A stretch of 64,000 nt of DNA from positions 734,370 to 798,369 of the forward strand of contig NZ_CP043875.1 of assembly GCF_032878975.1 (NCBI RefSeq). Reading direction: 5' to 3'. How positions within the stretch are numbered: position 1 is the stretch's first letter; every line of letters starts with the position of its first letter. Made by a program: the position numbers and the translations under genes. The DNA comes from Methanochimaera problematica (GTDB taxonomy: Archaea > Halobacteriota > Methanomicrobia > Methanomicrobiales > Methanomicrobiaceae). This document shows, in pieces, positions 39,403 through 49,800 of the stretch. Below the pieces are notes generated by a model. The model did no database searches, was not told the origin of the DNA, and saw only the letters and a program-made list of their open reading frames with translations.

Positions 39403-41229
39403 ATGGTTAAAGTTAAACTACGTTCGGATTTATCCTATGTGGAATATATGACCGCATTTTTTATGGTGCTTTTAATCTGCATTCCTACGGCTGTTTCCGG
39501 GTGTACGATATTTGCTGTGACGCCAGACGCTTCATCAGACGGATCAGTCTACGTTGGACATACAAATGACGGTGTCGGGAAAGACTGGAGAAATGTTGAT
39601 GATGTTGTTGTAACCTACGTCCCTCCGGCAGATTATAGTCCCGGAGAAAAAAGAGCGGTATATTTTGATCCTAACAGTGGTTCAGACGCTGCAGGGAATA
39701 AGGCAGGAGATTCATCCCTTTTAGTTCTTGGATATATTGATCAGGTGCCTCATACCTATGGATACTATACAAGCTCCTATGGCATGATAAATGATCAGAA
39801 TCTGATGAGCGGTGAATGCACAGATTATGCAAAGTATGAACCAGGAGCAGAACCTGAAAAGAGAATTTTTTATTCATCCGAATTATCAAACATTGCCCTT
39901 GAGCGATGCACAAAAGCAAAAGAAGCGGTTTTGCTTGTTGGAAACCTGATTGATACATACGGATACTACGGAACCGGTGAGACACTAATCTTTGCAGACA
40001 AAGAGGAAGTATGGGTCATTGAGATGTGTGGAAATCCGGACGGCGACAACGGCGGCCTCTGGGTTGCTAAAAAAGTTCGCGACGGAGAGGTTTTCGTAGC
40101 CGGAAATGAGTTCAGAATCCGTGAAATTGTTCCTAGCAATCAGGACATGTTACATTCAGAAAACCTATTTGAGGCTGTTGAAAATGCAGGGTGGTGGTCG
40201 CCGTCTGAGGGTACCCTGGACTGGCTTAAAGCGGTAAGCTTCGGTGAGTATTCACATCCTTATTATTCACTTATGAGAGTATGGAGGCTTCAGGACAAAC
40301 TTGCCCCGTCGCTTGGGTTAAGCCCTTATGTTGAGGATTCATATACAAAGGAATATCCTTTTTCAATAAAACCTGACGCAAAGGTGGATTTTAAAACCGC
40401 AATCAATATGTTCAGGGATCACTATGAAGGAACAGAATTTGATTTAACAAAAGGCTCTGCGGCAGGTCCTTTTGGGAATCCATATCGCTATCTCGGCCCG
40501 ATGGATGCACATACTAACTTTCAAAATGAATCGTACATGGAAGTTCGTGCAGGTGCGAACGTAAGGCCAATATCGGCAATATTTTGCAGTTACAGTTATG
40601 TAGGCCAGATAAGACCAAATCTTCCAGATGAAATAAGTGGTGTTTTATGGTTCGGACCCGCCGTTGCATACGAAACTGTCTATACACCTGTATATGCGAA
40701 TTCAGAGAATATTTCCAATTCATATTCCTCTGGAAATCGACTAAAATATGATTATGATAAAGCATACTGGACTTTTGACCTTCTCACAAACTGGGCGATG
40801 CTTAAGTACAATGTAATGATAGATGATATTCAAAGCGAACAGGTGAGGCTTGAGACAGAATCATATAATATGCTAAAAGATACAGACGAAAAAGCAGTTG
40901 AATATCTAAATAGCGGGGAGACTTCGAAAGCGAAGTCATTAATCACAAATTTCACTGTAAACAGGGGAGATGAGATAGTTTCTGACTGGAAGAAACTTAC
41001 GGCAACTTTGATTGTCAAATATTCAAACGGGCTTGTTACAGACCCTGTCACAGAAGAAGTTACAGAGGATGGATGTCCTGAATGGTGGTATAATGAGACT
41101 GACTATCAGTATGGGCCGAGAGTTTATCAACTCGATGAACTTCGTGAAACTGAGGATCTGAATTATACAGGTAAAAGTGTCTGGATACTTAAGAATTCCT
41201 CCTTTGAAGAGATTTTAGATCAGATTTAG
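39403..41229 (+). CDS. Secreted C69-family cysteine dipeptidase
   Basis: A signal peptide followed by the N-terminal nucleophile GCTIFAV, typical of peptidase C69. The start may be the internal Met at 39448. Confidence 0.7.
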   Translation: MVKVKLRSDLSYVEYMTAFFMVLLICIPTAVSGCTIFAVTPDASSDGSVYVGHTNDGVGKDWRNVDDVVVTYVPPADYSPGEKRAVYFDPNSGSDAAGNKAGDSSLLVLGYIDQVPHTYGYYTSSYGMINDQNLMSGECTDYAKYEPGAEPEKRIFYSSELSNIALERCTKAKEAVLLVGNLIDTYGYYGTGETLIFADKEEVWVIEMCGNPDGDNGGLWVAKKVRDGEVFVAGNEFRIREIVPSNQDMLHSENLFEAVENAGWWSPSEGTLDWLKAVSFGEYSHPYYSLMRVWRLQDKLAPSLGLSPYVEDSYTKEYPFSIKPDAKVDFKTAINMFRDHYEGTEFDLTKGSAAGPFGNPYRYLGPMDAHTNFQNESYMEVRAGANVRPISAIFCSYSYVGQIRPNLPDEISGVLWFGPAVAYETVYTPVYANSENISNSYSSGNRLKYDYDKAYWTFDLLTNWAMLKYNVMIDDIQSEQVRLETESYNMLKDTDEKAVEYLNSGETSKAKSLITNFTVNRGDEIVSDWKKLTATLIVKYSNGLVTDPVTEEVTEDGCPEWWYNETDYQYGPRVYQLDELRETEDLNYTGKSVWILKNSSFEEILDQI

Positions 41230-41436
41230 CTTATAACCACACAGTTTATTTGCAGATTCCAAAATTAAACTCTATTTTTTCATATTCATAAACTGGTTGA
41301 AAATTATTTTCCATAATATCAATAAATCCAAAATTTTTTGGAGTAACAATTATTTTATCTGAATAAGTTATATTTCAGTTCTGTGATATCCTGATTAAAT
41401 ATATTGTGGAAGTCATGATTTTGAGGTATTCTGGTA

Positions 41437-42285
41437 ATGAACGATTATATCCAAAAGGGAATTTCCCTTTTAGAACAATTAATTGATTATGCATTAATAT
41501 TGCCGCAAAAAGCATTATCCGGAGATCTTTTTGCGATAATGATCTGTCTTATTTCAGTCTATATTCTTGCGGTTTCTATAAAAAAATTTACAAAATACAT
41601 AATTTTGGGTTTGAAAAAATTAATTGTTTTAATAATTATCACAATAGCACTTTTCATTTTTGTTCAGGATTTTCTCTTTAGGATTTTAACTGACGGTTTT
41701 ACAGTTGATACACTTATTTTTGGATTTGCAGGATTTGTCTGTGGAATTGTTGGACTGATTATTGCAATTTCAACTGTTGTCAGAGCAGTAAAAAAATACA
41801 GGGAACATAAAGACAAGATCGAAAAACATCCGGTTTTATCTGATGAAAAAATATTACAGGTAAAAGAATATTCTGAAACAGAGCAGTATGTCCAAATTCC
41901 TTATATGCCTGATAAATTATCGCGATTTGCAAAGGATAATTCAATAGGAATGGTTCTAATATATCTTATAATTGCAGAATTTGGAATATTTTCATCGAAA
42001 ACCATCCCTGCAGTAAATGCACTGACCGGTCTTTCATTTTTTTTAATATTTATCATATTTGCAGTAATTTTCATAAAATTAACATATGTAAACTATTTTA
42101 CCGGGCTCAAGCATCTTTTGTTTGCATTAATATTGGGATTTATCCTTTCAATTCTTTTGGGATATTTCTGGGGAGGAATACCTCTAAAAATATTGTTGTC
42201 AATACAATACTTTGCAACAGATGCCCTCGTGGCACTTATAACAGGGCTATCATTAAGCCTTTTTATGTCAAGCAAAGGAAAATAA
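41437..42285 (+). CDS. Hypothetical polytopic membrane protein
   Basis: Multiple TM helices. Confidence 0.45.
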   Translation: MNDYIQKGISLLEQLIDYALILPQKALSGDLFAIMICLISVYILAVSIKKFTKYIILGLKKLIVLIIITIALFIFVQDFLFRILTDGFTVDTLIFGFAGFVCGIVGLIIAISTVVRAVKKYREHKDKIEKHPVLSDEKILQVKEYSETEQYVQIPYMPDKLSRFAKDNSIGMVLIYLIIAEFGIFSSKTIPAVNALTGLSFFLIFIIFAVIFIKLTYVNYFTGLKHLLFALILGFILSILLGYFWGGIPLKILLSIQYFATDALVALITGLSLSLFMSSKGK

Positions 42286-42288
42286 AAA

Positions 42289-43596
42289 TTAGTATGGGTA
42301 GAAAATAAAAAACAGAGTACAAAGGGCAAATAAAAACCAGGATGCCGGATGAACTTCTTTCCATTCTCCTTTAATAACTTTAAACAAAGGATATAATACA
42401 AAACCACTGCAAAGCCCGACGCCGATATTGTAGGTAAAGCTCATCAAAATTATAACAACAAATGCAGGGATTATTTCAGTCTGGTCTTTAAAATTCATCA
42501 ATTTTATTGGCTGCATCATAAAGATTCCAACCATTATCATTGCAGGTCCTGTTGCAGATGCAGGTATTGCTGCAAAAAGTGGTGAAAAGAAAAGAGCCAG
42601 AGAAAAGAGTATTGAAACAACCACTGCTGTCAGGCCGGTCCTTCCTCCTGCCAGAATTCCTGTTGCGGATTCCATAAATGCTCCGCTTGTAGTGGTTCCG
42701 ATAAGTGGTGCAAAAATATTGGTGATCCCGTCAACTAAAAAAGGTTTTTCTATTTCCGGCAGGTTTCCTTTTTCATCTAAAAATCCTGCCTGGGCTGATA
42801 CTCCGATTAAACCGGCCATTGTATCCAGAAATGACATGGTGAAAATTGTGAGTACTACTGCAACAAATCCCCAGGTGAATACTCCTGCAATATCCAGTTG
42901 TAAAAGAATAGGAGTTATATCGGGCGGCATACTGATAATTGCTTCAGGAGGGGTTATTATTCCTGTTAAAAATCCCGCCAGGGATGTAAAAATAATTCCA
43001 AATAATATTGCACCGTTTATTTTTTTAATTATCAGTCCTGAAATGAAAATAAAACCTGCAATTGCGAGAAGAATTTCCGGACTATTTAATTCTCCCACAT
43101 GAACGGGGGCGGTTTCTGTCCCGAGTATTACAATTTTTGAGTTAACAAGGCCCACAAATGTAATAAATAACCCGATTCCTACAGCAAAACTGTACTTTAG
43201 ATTTTGTGGAATTGCTTCGCACATTAATTTTCTGCCGCCTGCTAGAGTCAGGATTGTTAGCAGTATTCCGCTAATAAAAACTGCTCCCAGGGCCGTCTGC
43301 CATGAATAACCCAGAACTCCGCAGACAGTATATGCGATAAATGCATTTTCACCCATATAAGGTGCAACAGCAAAGGGGCGGTTTGCATAAAAACCCATTA
43401 TAAGTGTTCCAAATACTGCTGTAATTATCGTAGCAACTACTGAAGCACCAAAGGGAATTCCTGCTGCAACAAGTATGGCAGGGTTGACAACTATGATATA
43501 GGCCATTGTCATGAAAGTGACAATCCCGGCATTTACTTCCTTTTTTATGTTCGTGTCATTTTCTTTAAGTTTGAAAATTTTCTCAATGTATGTCAA
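42289..43596 (-). CDS. NCS2/AzgA-family purine (adenine/guanine/hypoxanthine) permease
   Basis: It has the AzgA-like N-terminus (IEKIFKLKE...NAGIVTFMTMAYII), 12+ TM helices, and a likely TTG start preceded by AGGAG. The ORF track extends to 43671. Confidence 0.7.
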   Translation of the reverse strand: MTYIEKIFKLKENDTNIKKEVNAGIVTFMTMAYIIVVNPAILVAAGIPFGASVVATIITAVFGTLIMGFYANRPFAVAPYMGENAFIAYTVCGVLGYSWQTALGAVFISGILLTILTLAGGRKLMCEAIPQNLKYSFAVGIGLFITFVGLVNSKIVILGTETAPVHVGELNSPEILLAIAGFIFISGLIIKKINGAILFGIIFTSLAGFLTGIITPPEAIISMPPDITPILLQLDIAGVFTWGFVAVVLTIFTMSFLDTMAGLIGVSAQAGFLDEKGNLPEIEKPFLVDGITNIFAPLIGTTTSGAFMESATGILAGGRTGLTAVVVSILFSLALFFSPLFAAIPASATGPAMIMVGIFMMQPIKLMNFKDQTEIIPAFVVIILMSFTYNIGVGLCSGFVLYPLFKVIKGEWKEVHPASWFLFALCTLFFIFYPY

Positions 43597-43786
43597 TGCA
43601 AAGCTCCTGCTAAATAAATTCTGATTTAAAAAAATAAAAGTTGTGTTCTGTTTCGGATAATGAAAAATCAATTGTTATCTGCAAAAAATTAATTGTTGTT
43701 TGTAAAAATCCAGATTTTGCCTTTACAAACAAAATTAAAACTCAAATTCTGAATTCTTTCAAATTTTTTAAAAGTTATTTAGAATA

Positions 43787-44416
43787 TTATATTCCGCTAC
43801 TTATTTCAAACAATATTTTTGGGCAGGTGCAGTTGTTTCCAAGATGACATACCGCAATTTTATTGCATGTAAATCTGAAAGGCAGGCCCGGACAGGGATT
43901 CAGTTTAGAAACATCTCCGTTCCCGAGAGTTATGTGAGGAGAATAATTTTCACCTGTTGATTTTTGTAAATAATCTGAAGAGTATTCCAGAGTGAATTGA
44001 GATACCGGATTATTGTTATTATAAACCATTTCTTCTGTAATATTTCCTGTGTGATATTTGAGAAGAGCTGATGCAATATCGTTTTGTATTTCAATAATCC
44101 TGTTATCTTTATTAAGATCAATTCCTGAAACTTTTTCATTTGCAGAAGTCATTACAACTGCAAATTTTTCTATTGATGCAAAATATGGCAGATACCTATC
44201 AGATATTTTTTTTAAATCATCTTTCAGACTGACCAGATCCGACTCTTTTATAGAACCCATTGCAACTGAAATATGTGGGAGGCATCCTTTTTTGTCAAGT
44301 ATAAGTTCACTTTCTTTTGTTAATGAGTTCAGAGTTTTGTTAATTGATATTGAGAGATCCATGATATTTTCAGGAGGGAGAAATACAATATCGATTGCAT
44401 ATATTTTTTCTGACAT
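43787..44416 (-). CDS. 2H phosphoesterase superfamily protein (LigT/2'-5' RNA ligase-like)
   Basis: Two H-x-[ST]-x motifs (PHISV, PHITL). Confidence 0.6.
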   Translation of the reverse strand: MSEKIYAIDIVFLPPENIMDLSISINKTLNSLTKESELILDKKGCLPHISVAMGSIKESDLVSLKDDLKKISDRYLPYFASIEKFAVVMTSANEKVSGIDLNKDNRIIEIQNDIASALLKYHTGNITEEMVYNNNNPVSQFTLEYSSDYLQKSTGENYSPHITLGNGDVSKLNPCPGLPFRFTCNKIAVCHLGNNCTCPKILFEISSGI

Positions 44417-44443
44417 TGTGAAAGTTTTAGAGTTTATAATTAT

Positions 44444-44944
44444 TTAGATGTATTTTTCAAAATTTTCTGATGAGGCACCACAGATTGGACATTTCTCCGG
44501 CGGATTTTTTCTTGAGCATAAATAGCCGCACACCCTGCAGCGAAATACGGGATATGGAAGATTACCTGTTTTTATCAGACCAGTATCTGTATTTTCTTCT
44601 TTTTTTGCATAGCGTCTGTCGGGTATTTGGATCAGGTCTTTTTCGCCTGAAAGAACACTTTTTGAAACATAAAGGGCACAATAACAGCATCCGAACTCAC
44701 TAATATCATCATCCCTGTAATCACAAGGGCATATTATATCTTTGTTGTCAGCTTTGTCTCCGATAAAAAGTCTGCAGGGACATGAATTGCACCCGTATCT
44801 GTTTTTATTAATTAGTAATCCTTTTACCAGTTCTTTCACATAATTTATATCCGGATTCAGAAAATATCCGCTCTTTTTGGTTTCTTGATTCAGATTCAGA
44901 TATCCTGTATTTATTGTGTCTTCATCTGGTACATAATCAGTCAT
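44444..44944 (-). CDS. Ferredoxin:thioredoxin reductase catalytic-subunit-like domain fused to rubredoxin (ferredoxin:disulfide reductase, FDR-type)
   Basis: The FTR-B-like Cys pattern (CNSCPCR...CPCDY...CCYC) plus a C-terminal rubredoxin (CRVCGY...CPICG). Confidence 0.65.
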   Translation of the reverse strand: MTDYVPDEDTINTGYLNLNQETKKSGYFLNPDINYVKELVKGLLINKNRYGCNSCPCRLFIGDKADNKDIICPCDYRDDDISEFGCCYCALYVSKSVLSGEKDLIQIPDRRYAKKEENTDTGLIKTGNLPYPVFRCRVCGYLCSRKNPPEKCPICGASSENFEKYI

Positions 44945-45227
44945 TTAAATCCAGCACCTTTCTTATTTCATCAAGTTTTGAGCCTACAATTACTCGTGTA
45001 CCATTTATTACTATAGTTGGAAAAGAACCCCTGGGATTATATTTTTTAACTTCAGAATATATCTCATCAAGTTCATCGGGTTCTAAAAGATCAACATAGA
45101 TATAATAGTACGAAACATTGTTTTTTTCAAGAAATTCTTTTGTTTTTCTGCAATGAACACATGTACTTAAGGCGTACAGTTTTATCTCTCCGCAATTTTT
45201 TCCATCTACAAAGTTCCATTTTTCCAT
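44937..45227 (-). CDS. Glutaredoxin/thioredoxin-like small protein
   Basis: A CVHC active-site motif in a Trx fold (~95 aa). The start is taken at the internal Met of ORF 44937-45266. Confidence 0.6.
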   Translation of the reverse strand: MEKWNFVDGKNCGEIKLYALSTCVHCRKTKEFLEKNNVSYYYIYVDLLEPDELDEIYSEVKKYNPRGSFPTIVINGTRVIVGSKLDEIRKVLDLND

Positions 45228-45380
45228 ACTGGCCTCGGTGTTATATGCCAGATTATTCGCAATCAAATAAATAATTCACTGTCATGGTGTGGAATGTATA
45301 TTTTATGGATCATATCAGGATTCATTTAAATAACTGCAAGGCATTATCAGATTTGTTTAGATTACATATTTGGGGGTTTT

Positions 45381-46730
45381 GTGATGGAATATTTTAATGC
45401 CGATATTGAATTAATGTCACGTTCGGAACTTGACATTTTTGTTGATGAAAGAGTACGGAATACTATAAGATATTCAGCTGAAAATTCTCCATTTTATAAA
45501 AGATGGTTTAAAAAAAATAAAATTGATCCTTTTAATATAAAAGAACATGAGGATTTAAGGGAACTTCCAATTATTTCTGGTAAAACAATCAGGGAGAATC
45601 AGCCACCTCAAAGAAATGAGTTTTTATTTAAAAGTGTTGAATGCAGTGAAGTATTTACAATTCATGAAACCAGCGGAACAAGTGGTATTCCTAAAACCTT
45701 TTTTTCAACATGGGATGACTGGAAAAGATATGCGGAAAAATATGCACGAATATTTGTATCCCAGGGGTTGGGGGAAGGGGACAGAATGGCAGTCTGTGCT
45801 TCCTATGGAATGAATGTTGGTGCAAATACAATGACCGTTGCTGCCAAAAGAATAGGATTTACAATAATTCCTGAGGGTAAATGCACTTTTCCTGTCAGGG
45901 TAATGACAACATATAAACCAACGGCAATTGTAGGCAGTGTTTTTAAACTAATTCACCTTGCACAAAGACTTGAGGATTCAGGCATTGACCCTAAAGAATC
46001 AGGTGTGGAAAAACTTATAGTCGGGGGAGAAGGATTTGCACCTGAATCAAGGGCTTATCTGGATAAAATATGGGGTCTGGATGTTTGCAATACATATGGA
46101 AGTACTGAAGGGGCGATGTGTGGAGAATGTAAAATCCGTGAAGGGCTCCATGTCCCTGAAGATCTTGTTCATATGGATCTTTATAATGAAAAGATGAAGG
46201 ATTTTGTTAGTGAAGGAAATGAAGGAAAAATAGTATTAACAACATTAATTCCAAATGGCGAAAAAGCAGGAACTGTTTTAATAAATTATGAAACTGATGA
46301 TCAGACTGAAGTTTTGTCAAAGGAGAAATGCAGATGTGGAAGAACCCATATGAGGATAAAAAATCCAAAACGGGTTTCTGAAAATGTATATCTTGAAGAA
46401 ACATCATTTAACAGAATTGATATTGAGAGTGGTGTTTTTCATCCTCAAAACATGAAATACCTTACAGGAGAATATGAGGCATTTTTGTATTATGATCCTG
46501 TTAATAATCAGACGACAATGCAGGTCGGTCTTGAGTGCAGGGATATTCACAGCTGTGATATCAAATTAATAAAAGATAATTTTCTTTCATCGTTTTTTAA
46601 AAATAATAAAATACTCGAAGATTATTTTACAGAAGGTATTTTTGATATAATTTTTAGAACCGTAAAAACAGGTGATCTTGGACTTTACAAGTTAAAAGGA
46701 AGGCCCAAAAGGATTGTTGACAGACGGTGA
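45381..46730 (+). CDS. Phenylacetate-CoA ligase-family adenylating enzyme (coenzyme F390 synthetase-like)
   Basis: PaaK/F390 synthetase family architecture with the AMP-binding motif TSGTSGIPK. Confidence 0.7.
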   Translation: MMEYFNADIELMSRSELDIFVDERVRNTIRYSAENSPFYKRWFKKNKIDPFNIKEHEDLRELPIISGKTIRENQPPQRNEFLFKSVECSEVFTIHETSGTSGIPKTFFSTWDDWKRYAEKYARIFVSQGLGEGDRMAVCASYGMNVGANTMTVAAKRIGFTIIPEGKCTFPVRVMTTYKPTAIVGSVFKLIHLAQRLEDSGIDPKESGVEKLIVGGEGFAPESRAYLDKIWGLDVCNTYGSTEGAMCGECKIREGLHVPEDLVHMDLYNEKMKDFVSEGNEGKIVLTTLIPNGEKAGTVLINYETDDQTEVLSKEKCRCGRTHMRIKNPKRVSENVYLEETSFNRIDIESGVFHPQNMKYLTGEYEAFLYYDPVNNQTTMQVGLECRDIHSCDIKLIKDNFLSSFFKNNKILEDYFTEGIFDIIFRTVKTGDLGLYKLKGRPKRIVDRR

Positions 46731-46809
46731 ATAATAGCCAAATCCAAAATATATTGTCGGACATTATTGCTGTGCATACCTTTATATAATGACATATACA
46801 CTCTAAAGC

Positions 46810-49800
46810 GTGATGCATTCCGAAGAGGAAACTTTGGAAAAAATACTGAATATTGTTCGTTTTAAAAGTAAAGGGATGACGATAACCGAGTTATCCCGTC
46901 ATACGAACATTCACAGGAACTCTATTGCAAAATATCTTCAGATTTTGTTAGCATCAGGCAAAGTTGATGTGCAGCTTGTGGGGAATGCAAAAGTCTACAC
47001 TATATCCAAAAGAGTTCCTATGAGCTCAATGCTGAGTTTTACTTCAGATTTTGTTGTTTTAATAAATAAAGAGGGCAATATTCTGGATGTCAATGACAGA
47101 TATCTGGATTATTTCAATCTTAAAAAGGAAGATTTGCTTAATCAGTTGTGGTCGGATTTAGATCTTCCAATAATAAAGCATCCGGAAGTAAAACCTCTTG
47201 TGATAGCGGGTTTGGAAGACGGAGAAAAATCCGGATATGAAATTATTTTTGATAAATCCGGTAGGGAACTCAATTTTTACATAAATATTATTCCTATTGT
47301 GCTTGACGGAGGAGGTAAAGGCCTTTTCCTGTTTATGCAGGATTTCACGGCTCAAAAAATTGCTGAAGAAGCAATGGTTGAGAGTGAGGAGAAATTTCAT
47401 AATCTTTTCAATAATGCACTTGATGCAATTTTACTATATGAAATAAATGATGATGGATTAATAGGAAATCTTCTTGAAGTAAATGAAATTGCTTCAAAAA
47501 AACTGATGTACGGTTATGATGAACTTTTAAATATGCCTGCCAGGTCAATAATAGTTCCTGACAGCTGGGATATTTCTTCACAGATTGATCAGGAACTTGC
47601 AGAACAATATAATTCAATATTTACCGGATTTTTGATAAAAAAAGATTCAAAAAATATACCTGTTGAGATAAGCAGCCAGATTTTTGAATTGAATGGGAGG
47701 CTTGTTGTATTATTTATTGTAAGGGATGTAACGAAGTGGAAAGAAACCCAGAAAAAATTGGAAATCAGTCAAAACAGATATCGAGGGATAATTGAGACTC
47801 AGAAAGAAATAATCTGCAGGTATTATCCTGATGGAACATACAGTTTTGTTAATGATGCTTTTTGCAGGTATTTCAATAAAAAAAGGGAAGATATTCTTGA
47901 AAAATCTGAGTTGTTCAAAATCCCGTTTGCCGACAGGGAAATCATTCAGTCAGGTCTGGGTCAGATTTCAATTGATAATCCCGCTGTTAATTATGAGCAC
48001 AGAGTTATAATGGAGGACAACAGTGTTCGGTGGATTCAATGGAATAATACCGGTACATTTAACGATTCCGGAGAAATTGCGGAATATCAGCTTGTTGGAA
48101 GGGATATCTCTGATCAAAAAAAGGCAGAGCAGGCACTTAAGCAAAGTGAAGAGGTTTCCAGAATACTCCTGGATGAATCAAAAAATTCTGCAATAATGAT
48201 TGACAAAAATGGGAATATTCTTGGGTATAATAAAAAAATTTTTTCATGCTATGATTTAAGGGTTGATTTAGATGATCCCGGTCAGGAATCAATAAGGGGA
48301 AAAAACTACTCTGAGATTTTCAGCAGTGAAGATTCTGATTATTTTTCATTGGCTGTTGAAAACTGTATAAATAATAAAAATGGAGGATTTTTTAATAAAA
48401 AAAAGAATTCCCGAACATATCATATGAGTTATTATCCCATATTCGATGAAAATGAGGATATTGCGAGAATTGCTTTTTTCAAGCATGATATTACAAAAAT
48501 CAAACAGATGGAGGACAGCCTCACCGGGACAATAAAGAAGTTAAGTGAAATTATTGAATTTTTACCCGAGGCAACATTTGCAGTTGATCTTAATAAGAAA
48601 GTAATTGCCTGGAATAAAGCCATGGAGAAGCTTACAAATATTCGAAAAGAGGATATTCTTGAGATGAGTGGGATATATTTCACTCCTTTTTATAAAGAAT
48701 CCGGGAATATGCTCATTGACCAGCTGATTAAGGAAAAAGATTATATAAATTTAGATCAGTCTGAAAAAAATGCATTAACAAAAATTGGATATTTTAAGGA
48801 CGTTTTTGATGGTAAAGGTGCATATCTCTGGAGTAAAACTTCATATTTATATGATGACAGTGGTTTGGTTGTCGGGGCAATACAGACATTAAGGGATATT
48901 ACGCAGCTTAAAATGACACGCAATGCTCTTGAAAAAAGTGAGATGAGATATCGGGCTGTTGTTGAAGAACATACAGATATGATCTGTCGTTTTTCAATGC
49001 CTGACAAAAAAATTTCCTTTGTCAATAAAGAACTTTGCAGAAATTTCAATTTTACACCTGAAGAGTTAACCGGCCAGGATATATCCATTATTTTTCCTGA
49101 GAATGTTTGCAGGGAAATTAGGGCAATAAAACTAAATTTCTTTGTTGAGGGACAGGCATCTTACTATGAAACCAGAATTGTGGATTATAAGGGTAATTCA
49201 TTCTGGCAGGAATGGAAAATAAACCCGATTATTGATAAAAATAACTATTTGGTTGAATTTCAGTGTGTAGGGCGGGATATAACAGACAAAAAAGAAACTG
49301 AGATCAGTTTAAGGGGAAGTGAAAAGAAATACAGGGACTTAATTGAAACATCAAAGTCTATAATTATTAAGCTTAACAATAAAGGCAAAATCACATTTAT
49401 AAATGAGTTTGGCGAGAGTGTGTACGGTTATTCCCGTGATGAAGTAATTGGTAAGGATTTTTCAGGCACCCTTGCTCCTGAAATAGAATCTAACGGCAGA
49501 GATACCCGTGAGTTTATTCGTGAGGTTTGTGAGAATCCGGAGTTATATAACATCAGTGAAAATGAGGGTATTACAAAAAATAATAAATTATTATGGATCT
49601 CATGGTCCTTTAGTCTAATAAAGGATAAAAAAATAAAAGATGACGGGATACTGTGTATTGGTTCTGATATTACTGAAAAAAAGAAATTTGAAGAACTGCA
49701 AAAATTATCAGAGAATAATCTTGATACATTGCACAAGTCTGCTGTAAAACTGTCTGAAATGTCAGGCTTAAATTCTATTTTAGAATATATTTCTGTGGAA

